From Leucoraja ocellata (taxonomy: Eukaryota), in contig JAWMAR010000011.1 of assembly GCA_036785375.1 (NCBI GenBank), positions 13,516,001 to 13,580,000 on the forward strand: a stretch of 64,000 nucleotides of DNA. Direction: 5' to 3'. The notes under the pieces were generated by a model. That model saw only the letters and a list, made by a program, of their open reading frames with translations, searched no databases and was not told where the DNA came from. The position numbers and the translations under genes are program-made. Shown here piece after piece: positions 38,310 to 49,490 of this stretch (within the stretch, counting starts at the first letter, position 1; every line of letters starts with the position of its first letter).

Positions 38310-39943
38310 GTAGGAATAGCAGCGGTTCCTGGAGAGAGGCCATTCTGCCCTTTGAGCCTTTTCCACCATTGTTTTAGTTTTACAGACACAGCATGGAAAC
38401 AGGCCCCTTGGCCCACCAGGCCCCTTGGCACCCCAGGCTGCCTGTCCCGCCGAGTTACTCCAGCATTTTGAGTATCTTTGGTTAAACCAGCATCTGCAAT
38501 TCCTTCCTATATATTCATCCAACTGCCTTTGGTTCCTGTCTTTTATATCCTTACCAGACAAACTCTATCAATTCCAATCTGAAAGACTCGGAGTCCCAGC
38601 ACTGACTTCTGATTAAGGTGCTTTCTAATTTCCCTCCTGAAGAGCTCAATTATAATTTTAAGATAATTTCTCCCTGTTCAAAATTGCCTTGCTAGAATAA
38701 ATTATTATTTTGAGTCCAACTTGATCAAATGCCTCCAGCATTTTATTCCACGATCAATTAATCCAGTAGAAAGATGGCCATGTTTACGTACAATCGCTTT
38801 CTCTGTAGTCCTGCATCGTTCTGGTGAATCTTTCCCATTACCCTCCACCAAAGGCAAGCATAGCCTACCTGAGATATGATGCCTTGGATCAAACCAATTG
38901 TCCAGGTTGGTCTGGCCATGGCTCTTAATACCGAAGCGTTTCTTTCTTATTTATTAAAGACAAAATAGTCTATAAATTTATGAACATGGAAACTTGCTTA
39001 AGGCTGATGTATGGCCAAAGTGCAAATCAAATGTAATGAATTAAATCAGCCAGAAAGTATTACCTAAGTTTAGTCATGAGCATTATTTAAATCATTTTCT
39101 TGTATCTTTACAATTGACAAATCAAACCAATTCAAGTATAATAGATAGAGTGAAGGAAAAAGGTACAGAGTGTAGAATATAGTTCTCAGCATTGCAGCAT
39201 AACAATTCCAGAGACCAAGTCTTGTCCACAATATGGCAGAAGGGAATTAAGCTGTACTCTAGGACAGTTTAGAAGCCTGATAAGGGAGGGGAAGAAACTG
39301 TTCCTGAGTCTGACGACACATGTTTTCAAGCTTCTGTATATTCTGCCAATGCGAGAAGGGAGAAGAAGGAACAACTTGTGTTGGAAAGGTCCTTGATTAT
39401 GCTGGCTGCCTTCCTGAGGCAGATGGAGTCAATGATGGGGTGTCTAGTCCGTGTGATGGACTGGACTACATTTACAACTCTCTGCGATTTCATGTGGTTT
39501 ATAGAATATGTAGAAAATGATGAGCGGGTCCCAGTGGATAATGGGACGTTGTTCCTTTTGGTGAGGAGTTGATGACCACAGGTCACATGATTAAATGAAA
39601 CAGAGGAGAATGAAGAACAACATGAGGAAAGGTCTATGTCTTGGAAGGAACTGCAGATGCTGGTTTAAACCGAAGATAGACACAAAATGCTGGAGTAACT
39701 CAGCGGGACAGGCAGCATTTCTGCAGAGAAGGAATGGGTGACCATTCTTCAGACTGTCAACGAGAGAGGGAGATACATAGATAAAGAAGTGTAAGGTGTG
39801 AAAATGAGACAATAGAGATCAAGGATATTAGAATAGATCATTGCTGCACCCGCTGAGTTTCTCCAGCTTTTCTGTGTAACCTTAGAATAGATCATTGTTA
39901 GCTGGGAGAAGATAAAAACAAAGCAAACAAGAGATAAAATGTA

Positions 39944-40469
39944 GGTTACACAGAAAAGCTGGAGAAACTCAGCGGGTGCAGCAGCATCTATGGAGCGAAG
40001 GAAATAGGCAACGTTTCGGGCCGAAACCCTTCTTCAGACTGATCAGGGGTGGGGGTGGGTGGGGACAAGAAAGGGAAAAGGAGGAGTAGCCGAAGGCTGG
40101 AGGGTGGGAGGAGACAGCAGGGGAGGCTGAGGAAGGGGAGGAGACAGCAAGGACTAACAGAATTGGGAGAAGTCGATGTTCATGCCCCGGGGTGCAGACT
40201 CCCCAAACGGAATATGAGGTGCTGTTCCTCCAATTTCCGGTGCTGCTCGCTGTGGCCATGGAGGAGACCCAGGACAGAGAGGTCAGAGGCGGAGTGGGAG
40301 GGGGAGTTGAAGTGCTGAGCCACCGGGAGGTCAGCTAGGTTATTGCGGACCGAGCGGAGGTGTTCGGCGAAACGATCGAAACGATGTTTCTCCTCACCAA
40401 AAGGAACAACGTCCCATTATCCACTGGGACCGCTCATCATTTTCTACATATTCTATAAACCACATGAAA
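39944..40469 (-). mobile_element. Truncated PLE 3' end plus templated inverted local DNA, 13-bp TSD
   Basis: GAGATAAAATGTA at 39931-39943 and 40470-40482; 39944-40378 matches the reverse complement of the intact PLE 3' end. Confidence 0.88.
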
Positions 40470-40775
40470 GAGATAAAATGTAATCGGAGACAGTCAGACT
40501 GATTGGAGAACTGGGCATGGAGAGAGAGGAAAAGCAAGGGTTACTTGAAAGAACGATCTGTGCAGTGTGTGGAATGCAGTGCTCCCAGTTGTGGAGGCAT
40601 GTTCCACAGTGGTCTTTAAGAGGTACAAGGATAGATATATGGAGAAGAAAAGCTTGTAAGGCTGTGGAGAAGAGGTTGTGGACAGTTGCTCTTGGAGAGG
40701 GCTGGCAGGGACGTGAGGGGCCAAATAGCCGCTTTCTCTGCAATAACCATTCTCTGATTCTGTGATCACCCATAG

Positions 40776-40900
40776 GACTTGCGTCACCAGCTGCACCAGG
40801 AACATTTTCGTTGCTGCAGCATGGAATATGAAACTCGTCTCATCAGAGATGAAATCATGCAGTTACAGACGCATCTGTTCTGTGAACAGTCATCTGAAAG
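40776..40900 (+). CDS. Uncharacterised protein, exon F (DLRHQLHQEHF...EQSSE)
   Basis: Acceptor ...CACCCATAG|, 125 bp open, donor AAG|GTATGC; phase 0 to 2. Confidence 0.8.
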
Positions 40901-42933
40901 GTATGCACCATGAATGCACTATCTGCCTACAGGTTCTAGGTTACTTCATACTTAGTGTTAACAAAAAATAGATTTTGTTTTCTCACACCCTTCTTTGATG
41001 AATACAATCTCAACACAATACCTGTTCTTCATATTTCTGAACCAACTCAAGGGGCATTGGTCTGCAGGAAAGTTTCCACAACCAAGTCTTGTCTCCAAAT
41101 ACTCCCTTTTCGAGACCCTTTGTTAAGACCCTGTCCTGATGCAGATCCTTGACGCAAAGCACTGAGCATTCCTCCGTCTCCACGGGTGCTGGCTGATCCG
41201 CTGAATTCCTCCAGAAGTTGTTTTTTTTGCTCCAGATACCAAGATCTGCAGGTTCCTGTGTCCCATTTCACCTCATCTAGTTCAAAGGTTGCAAATTCGC
41301 CCATCTCTGCACAAGTCCGCCCCCTTGTGGATGGATAAAGCAGGATTTGAAAATGTCGGCTTAGGCACATAAGTATAAATAATTAGCTCCTAAATGAAAA
41401 GCATTTGTGCATTTCATTCATTGATTTTATAATATTAAACCACTCACTGACTCACCATCTTACGAGGAGAATATGGGAAAGACAGAATTAATAGGTAGAG
41501 TTTTATTCAGTCACTATTTACCCTGTCATATTCTTCTGTAGACTTAGATTTTCAAGAGGCTTGATGTATAATTAGTTCTTCTTCTCAATTTAGCCACTCC
41601 AGGGCAGGTTGCCAACTTGAGACCAAAATATTAGGGCATTTAATCAGAACACAGATGTGTATTCTCCTGCTAAATTCTGCACATTTTGGAAACCGCTTAC
41701 GCATTGTAGTATCCATGAGTTTCTTTGTGTTGCTATAAGCACACGTGACTTGGTGGAGAGGGAGCTGTACAGAACATCCTTTATTTACAGCAGTAACCCT
41801 CAACTAAACAGCAGTGCCAGGAACAACAATGTACCAAGATCATACCATGTGGTGCATTCATTACATTTGAGCCTGAAGAAGGGTCGGCAAACTGGAGGAA
41901 CAGCACCACATTTTACACTTGGGTAGTTTACAACCCAACAGTATGAACATTGAATTTTCCAATTTTTAGGTAACCTCCAACAACCCCCCCCCCCCCCCCC
42001 CCACTAGCCGCCTCAACCAACCCCTTTATCCCCCACATTCCTGAGCCCCACCTGAACTCGCACCTATTTCTCCCCTCACAATCTCCCTCCTCCTACATTT
42101 CTTCCTCTGGCTACACATTTGCAACACTTCAATCCACTTGTGTCACACCTTCTGCTCTAACCACTGGCCTTTGTTTCAACCAGCTTTTTTTTTAATGTTT
42201 CAAGGGTCCTACAGTATATTTGTCCCAAATGCAGCTGTACAGTAAAATTCGTTTTGCATAGATTACACATGTTGATATATTGCACATGACGCATTTTTGG
42301 CACCATTATTCAAAGTACAAAGTCCGGTTAGCCCGCACCCTCGCTCGATGTACTGGAGCAGTTCCCGTGAACCAAAGTCCCACTCCTCGTCTGGCCATCT
42401 TTGTGTCCCCGGAGCACCTCCTGCAGCAGACCTTGCAGGCGCCGGAAGCATTACCCCGTTTCACCCTCCCACCGGCACCCGTTGCTCTTGTCCAATGTCT
42501 CCGGCTCCCTCCTGGTTCCACCGTCCGACGTGCCTTTGGGTATTCTCCCATCAACCCCCCCCCCCCCCCACTCTCCTGCGTCCCCCTTTCCCTGCCAAGT
42601 TTTATCCAGACTCTTCTCTCTCCCAGCTATCTTTCCCCCAACTCCATCTTACGATCAGTTTGAAGAAGGATCCTGACCTGAAAGGTCACATCTCCATGTT
42701 CTCCACCTATCCATGCTGTCTGACCCGCTGAGTTACTCCAGCGATTTGCGTCCTTTTTCTCGGGTATCAATATAGCGCTGTAAATGAGCTTTCTCAATGC
42801 TGAACACCTAGATATTTCTTAGAAATAAAAACTGGGCCAATGTTTTCTGTTGTTTTATTTATAACTACTGAGCCGCCATTAATCTTAAACCTCTGCTCTC
42901 TCATCCCGCTTTCCCATCCGTTACTCAACCAAG

Positions 42934-43075
42934 TTTTAAAAAGTCCAACACCGAGGACATCTTCCGTAAAATTTGTGAAATATGTGATCGCGTCCAAGAA
43001 CTCAGCCAGGGGACTAGTCATCCTTTGCAAGATAAAAAAAGCAGCTTCACCGTGTCCTCAGTGCAGAGGAGCTGA
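42934..43075 (+). CDS. Uncharacterised protein, terminal exon G (FKKSNTEDIFRKICE...VQRS*)
   Basis: Pyrimidine tract then CCAAG| acceptor, phase-2 entry matches exon F, TGA at 43073-43075, AATAAA shortly downstream. Confidence 0.7.
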
Positions 43076-43111
43076 CTGCTGAAACCTTGAGTGATAAATA
43101 AGACCACTGGA

Positions 43112-43117
43112 AATAAA
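43112..43117 (+). terminator. Candidate polyadenylation signal AATAAA (second at 43247-43252)
   Basis: Begins 37 bp after the predicted stop codon. Confidence 0.5.
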
Positions 43118-43959
43118 CCTCAACAGAAATGTAGGATTTCTGTCTCCATCCTGCAGATTGAAGCCTGCTTGTGTAAAATCTACTGGACGGCATTGAAGTA
43201 TCATTGCTCTTTATAGTTTAATTTCCAAGGTCAGATAATTACCTGCAATAAATTCTGTCATAGATAACCGGCTTAATTGATGCATTTTATAACAATGGTA
43301 ACATTAATTGTTTAATTTAGTCTAGTTTAGAGATTGTCTAGCATGGAAGCAGGCCCATCGACCCACCAAGTCCGTGCTGACTAGCGATCCCCGTACAGTA
43401 ACACTATCTTACACATTCGGAAATATTACCATTTTACCGAAGCCAATTAACCTACAAACTTGTACCTATTTGGAGTATGGGAGGAAACCGGAGCAGCAGT
43501 AGAGTTGCTGCCTTACAGCGCCAGAGACCCGGGTTCGATCCAGATTATGTGTGCTGTCTGTATGGAGTTAGAAACATAGAAACATTGAAAATAGGTGCAG
43601 AGTAGGCCATTCGGCCCTTCGAGCCTGCATCGCCATTCAATATGGTCATGGCTGATCATATTCTCCCTGTGACCGTGTGCGTTTTCCCCGGGTGTTCTGG
43701 GTTCCTTCCACAACCCAAAGATGTACAGGTTGGTAAGTTAATTGGCTTCAGTAAAGATTGTAAATAATCCCTTGTGTGTAGGGAATTACTGTTCGGTGTG
43801 AACTCGGTGGGCTGAACGGCCTGTTTCTGTGCTATATCTCTAAACAAAATGAAAAGAAACCAAAAAGTCTTAGATACCACATTTAACTGCTTCACGCTCA
43901 ATAAATTCTGAATGGCATGTGTGGGCTTGATGAAGTGATACCAGCTTCACACTGTTTGG

Positions 43960-44900
43960 TTTAAAGTCACTTGGCATCATTGAGAGCATTGACTTTAACT
44001 TTTTTCACTGCTATAACTACAGTGTGTAATGACTTGTGCATGCGATCACTGAGGTTTACTGCCATCAGATATTGGCAATGAATGACACAGTGAATGGTAA
44101 AGACATCTGCCACTGTTTTTTTCAAGTAGACAACACTTACAATACAGTTGCAACCAGTCATTGATGGTGCTGCATCAGAAGCAAGTATGTTAGAATTTCC
44201 TTCTCTTTGAAGAACTGCTCAACAACAAAAAATATTGTCCCCCTATGGTATCTTTAGTATGCTAAGATTGAGCAGGTTGGGACTCTATTCCTTGGAGTGC
44301 AGGAGATTGAGGGGCGATTTTAGAAAGGTGTATAAAAGCATGAGAGGAATAGAACGGGCAGTGTCTCTTGCCCAGAGTAGGTGAACCGAGAACCAGAGGA
44401 CATAGGTCTAAGGTGATAAGGGAAAGATTTAATAGGAATCTGAGAGGTAACTTTTTCACACAAAGGATGTATGGAACCAGCTGCCAGAGGAGGTAGGGGC
44501 AGAGGAGGTAGTTGAGGCAGGGACTATTGCAATGTTCAAGAAACATTTAGGCACAGGTTTAGAGGGATATGGGGCAAATGCAGGCAGATGGGACTAGTGT
44601 AGATGGGACATGTTGGTCGGCATGGGCAAGTTGGCCGAAGGGCCTGTTTCTATGCAGTATGATTCTATGACTATCTGTTTCTCGTTGCCTTACAAATAAC
44701 AGCTCTTGAGGTCAGTGCAGTGTACGGCAGAACAACTGAGCAATGTAAGCATGACAAGCGTGTACTGACATCTCTCTAGCCCAATGCCCCGTCCATCTTC
44801 AGCATACTCCTGTCACCCCCATATCTCTTGGTGCCCCCCACCCTAGGTAATCCCACAGCCCCCTAGGGGGCAGTACTGCCTACTTGGGGAACCATTGGCC
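43960..44900 (-). mobile_element. hAT (Charlie/Buster-like) transposase remnant interrupted by a CR1 fragment (44262-44670)
   Basis: SDAAPSMTG and TIHCVIHCQYL match the hAT DGA.AM.G and HCxxH motifs; TIR-like CAATGGTTCCCCAA near 44885-44898. Confidence 0.7.
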
Positions 44901-47274
44901 TATAGCATGAAACCAATGAAAACATGGTTAAAGCAGAAGCAATGTGGGAAAAGTGAAGTGAATTATAATAGTCAACTATGAAGACAATATTTTCTTCCAC
45001 AGAGGAGTTATGATTGATGTTTTTTTTAAATGATGAAAGGAGACCTTGAAGGAGACCTTGTTCAATATTCCTGGTAATTTCAGTTGGGACAGATAGGAGG
45101 ACTTCAGATGCATTTATAAATAGTCTAATCAAAGAATGTCTGAGTAAAATATTACCCATGTTTTTACTTTTTTTGTATCTTTCATGTGATCAAGTGCTGT
45201 CTCCAAAACACTGAATGATTCTTGTCTAGTTTTTAAATAGAATTTTAAACACCTACGTTTCTGCAACATTACAGACGGCTAATAAGCGAGTTTGGTATCG
45301 CAATATACGCAAGGAATCATGGGATTTGTTAAAGGTCATTTGGGATTAAAAAAAAGTGAGCACAGTGGTGTATAAACTGTGTATACATTGATAACTATTC
45401 TACCAAGGAATTAATCTAGAATTCTGTCAACTCACCAGCTTCCTTTCTTGTTCTGCTGTTCACACACTACTTACACAGCCCCAGTTCTAGTTCAGTTTAT
45501 TAATCTGCAATTATGAGATATTCAAAAAGTTAAATAATTTATTATTTTAATTTAATCCTTAATGTGTTTGCTACTGGAATAAGAAAATATTACTGGTGTT
45601 TGAAACATTTTCTTATCTTTATTCATAATTTATGTGTAAAAATATATTTAATCTGAGGCAGGCAGCGACTGTATCAGTGTGATGTGGGCTGATGCTTTAC
45701 CTACAGGCGGTGTGAATGTACCATTAAGGCAATGATTAATCCCCAAGGAAAACTGAGTACAGGGCTGGCCCTGTGAAGGAGCCGCCAATCCGATATAAGA
45801 CATTTAACTGCGAAATGCCTTCCCTTTAGTATTGGATAGATTGAGTGGAGGGTCTGTGCTGTTCGGTGGTTGCGGTGCGCTTCCCCCAGCCATCTCGTCC
45901 CGTGCACGTTGACCAGCACAGCCTTCCTTTCGCCAGCCCTTGTTAGCAGAGGCTCTTTGTGCAGGGGTTACCCGAAGCCCAAAGATTTTGTGGAGGTTCT
46001 GCCTTAGGATCAGGCACGCAGCGAGCTAGAGAGAGGGCTGATTCAGTTGGCCGAAGGACCTGTTTCCACATTGTATCTCCAAACTAAAATTAATTAAATT
46101 TAGTGTTGCCTTCAGTCAAAAGTTGAAAGGCAAAAATAAAAATGCTTCTGCGGTAATGCCAGTTCTAACCAATAGATGGTGATGTTGCACTCTTATCAGC
46201 TTTTCTTTGCAAGTTCCTAATTCTGACAGAGAAGGAATTACCCCACAAACAAAAGCAGCAATGAATATATATTTCTATATTCCTGTCCAACAATTCTAGG
46301 AATCTCTTAATTTCCAAAGACAAAACAAAGGGTGTGTGATGGTGGATTTCTGCCCCTTCATGGTGTCCTGAGACTTCTGGATTTTATCCAAGGTGTGAGT
46401 GCCCTGCTCCATTATATAACCATGCCCCACGCCACCTTCACCTTCCTTCCACACCCAGACACCTAGGAAGGCTAGAATGAAGCCAAGGAACGGCAAACTA
46501 AACAAACAATGCAGAGGCACAAGGAGTTGCAGATGCTGGTTTACAAAAATAAGATACAATGTGCAGGAATAACTCAGCCGGTCTGACAGCATCGCTGAAA
46601 GACATGAATAGGTGAAGAATGACAAAAAATGTTAACTGCACTGTGTTAAAATCCAGGAGATATTTATATGTTATTTCCTTTTTTTGGGTAAATTAATTCA
46701 GTCATTAAATACAGTAAATTCTGTCTATAAAATAAAATAAATCTTGAGTCACAATGTGGGTTATGCTCTCTCACAGTGTAATTTCAGGTTTGAAACATTC
46801 ATTAGTAAAAATGTCCTCATGATCTTTTCATTTCCGACTATAACAGTAATTAAGGGGTGATTTAATGCAACCTTACAGAGTAATCAAGGAGTGGGAGTAG
46901 TTAAACTTGTCCAGGTTATTAATCTGATTTAAAAAAATAATTCTTATAGTTCTCAATTGTTTTACTGGATAGAAGGAGGTCATTTGGTCCATCAGGTTTA
47001 TGCTGGCTCAGTCTCTTTCCCTATTATCTATTGTAACTCGACATATCCAACCAATTAAGATGTGTTCTTTGTTCAGTAACCATCTGATGTTGCAAACTGT
47101 TAACTGCAAACTGCTATACACACCAGTTCTGGCCAAAATGTGACCTTAAACCCACCAATGTAGTAAGTACGGCCCTTCAAATGGCCTAATTAAGGATAAA
47201 TGCTGGTTTTGCAGGCAATGTTCTATTGGGTTGAAAGCTGGTGGATGTATGTATTCTGGGAGGTTTTTTTTAAT

Positions 47275-47945
47275 CGTAATAATCATAATCCTACTTAATT
47301 AGCCAGATATGTTTTGCAACATACGAGGAATTTCATTTGCCATACAGTCATACCAAAAAAATGCAACAAAACATACTAAATCCATTTTAACATGAACATC
47401 CACCACAGTGATTCCTCCACATTCCTCACTGTGATGGAAGGCGATAAAAAGTTCAATCGCTTCCCTTCATTGTTCTCCCGCAGTCAGGGGCCTCGAGCCT
47501 TCCTTTGATGGGGCGATCTTGGCTCCCTTAGCCGGTGGCATTTGGCCCTCACATCAGGGCCATCAAGCTCCCGCATCGGGGGAGATCTCAGTTGCCCTGC
47601 GCCGGGCAATCTGACTACGGGTCGGGGGCTGGTCAAAACCTTCTGCGTCATTTTGAGCTCCCGATATCGGTCTCTACCCAAGACTGCAAGCTCCTCGATG
47701 GTGAAATCCGCAGGCTACGGTTGGAGCATCGATCCCAGGCAAGAGATCGGCTCTGATGGTAAGTCTATGTCCACGTCCCCGCGTTGGGGCTCAAAGTCAG
47801 TCCTGAGCAAGGCGGCCAGCTCCATGATGTTAGGCCGCAGAGCGACCAGATATACGATCCAGAAAACAGTCCGGCAAGGTAAGAGATTGAAGAAAAGTTT
47901 TCCCCTCCCCCATCCCCCACCCCCCACATTAAACAAACCAGAGAA
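47275..47945 (-). mobile_element. GC-rich non-autonomous retroelement, same family as 10039-10929
   Basis: Shares CCATCACAGTG(A/G)GGAATG and the GTATGACTG..GGCAAAT.AAATTCC.TGTATGTT..TGGCTAA tail. Confidence 0.55.
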
Positions 47946-48455
47946 CATGAGGAAGGACATTCTTGCTATTGAGGGAGTGCAGCGTAGGTTCACAAAGTTA
48001 ATTCCCAGGATGGCAGGACTGTCATATGCTGAGAGTATGGAGCGGCTGGGCTTGTATACTCTGGAATTTAGAAGGATGAGAGGGATTCTTATTGAAACAT
48101 ATAAGATTATTAAGGGTTTGGACTCGCTAGAGGCAGCAAACATGTTCCCGATGTTGGGGGAGTCCAGAACCAGGGGCCACAGTTTAAGAATAAGGGGTAA
48201 GCCATTTCGAACGGAGACGAGGAAACACTTTTTCACAAAGAGAGTTGTGAGTCTGGAATTCTCTGCCTCAGAGGGCGGTGGAGTTCTCTGGATACTTTCA
48301 AGAGAGAGCTAGATAGGGCTCAAAGATAACGAAGTCAGGGGATATGGGGGGGAGGCAGGAACGGGGTACTGATTGTGGATGATCAGCCATGATCACATTG
48401 AATGGCAGTGCTGGCTTGAAGGGCAGAAAGGCCTACTCCTGCACTGATTGTCTAT
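47946..48455 (+). mobile_element. CR1 3' fragment
   Basis: RKDILAIEGVQRRFTKLIP, SRTRGHSLRIRG. Confidence 0.88.
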
Positions 48456-48595
48456 TGTCTATTTACACATACTTTTAAAACACACTAAAAATAATTTTAA
48501 AAATAGACAAAATGACAGTGTTGGCAAGGTTGCCATCGTGCCATGCCCTCTGGTGGTATGTGTAGATATACAGTCTTACTTCAGAATGGAGCTTT

Positions 48596-49490
48596 GGATT
48601 CAGATTCGGATTCAGATTCAAACTTTATTGTCATTGTGCAGTGTACAGTACAGAGACAACGAAATGCAGTTAGCATCTCCCTAGAAGAGCGACATAGAAT
48701 ATGAGCAATAATAAATATATTTATGTGCATACAGACATAGTAGTGCAATTATTTTTTTCCTGGTGGAAGGAGTGTCCAGGGGGGGGCGGGGGGGGGGGGG
48801 GGGGGGGGGGGGCGGGTGATTGGCAATCACCAAGGTGCAGAGCTAAGTAGTGTAACAGCCACAGGGAAGAAGCTGTTCCTGAACCTGCTGGTCCGGCAAC
48901 GGAGAGACCTGTATCGCCTCCCGGATGGTAGGAGGGTAAACAGTCTGTGGTTGGGGTGAGAGCAGTCCTTGGCGATGCTGAGCGCTCTCCGCAGACGACG
49001 CTTACTTTGGACAGACTCAATGGAGGGGAGTGAGGAACCGGTGATGCGTTGGGCAATTTTCACCACCCTCTGCAGTGCTTTCCGGTCGGAGACAGAGCAG
49101 TTGCCATACCATACTGTGATACAGTTGGTAAGGATGCTCTCAATGGTGCAGCGGTAGAAGTTCACAAGAATCTGAGGAGACAGGTGGACCTTCTTTAGTC
49201 TCCTCAGGAAGAAGAGACGCTGGTGAGCCTTCTTGACCAGAGAGAGGTATTGTGGGTCCAAGAGAGGTCATCGGAGATGTTGACCCCCAGGAACCTGAAG
49301 CTGGAAACACGTTCCACCTCCGTCCCGTTAATGTGGATGGGGGTATGCGTGCCGCCCCTAGACTTTCTGAAGTCTACAATGAGCTCATTGGTGTTCTTGG
49401 AGTTAAGGGCCAGGTTGTTGTCAGTGCACCATGCTGCTAGGAGCTGGACCTCCTCCCTATAGGCCGACTCATCATTGCTGCTGATGATTC
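48596..49490 (-). mobile_element. Rex1/Babar 3' fragment, same family as 12466-13849
   Basis: KKAHQRLFFLRRLKK, FYRCTIESILT; poly-G tract at 48779-48812; (TGAATC)n tail. Confidence 0.9.

Noticed and set aside
41657-41926. Plus-strand ORF as an extra exon of the novel gene
   Set aside because: No convincing phase-compatible donor; exons F and G already join in frame; the ORF runs into a PLE remnant.
42794-43030. Minus-strand 78-aa ORF
   Set aside because: Antisense shadow of the predicted terminal exon; it has an in-frame stop just upstream and no partner exons.
45858-45918. Superficial Y-RNA-like ends (GCTG.TCGG...TTGACCAGC)
   Set aside because: Lacks the GGCTGGTCCGA start and an oligo-U terminator; kept only as an unassigned hairpin.
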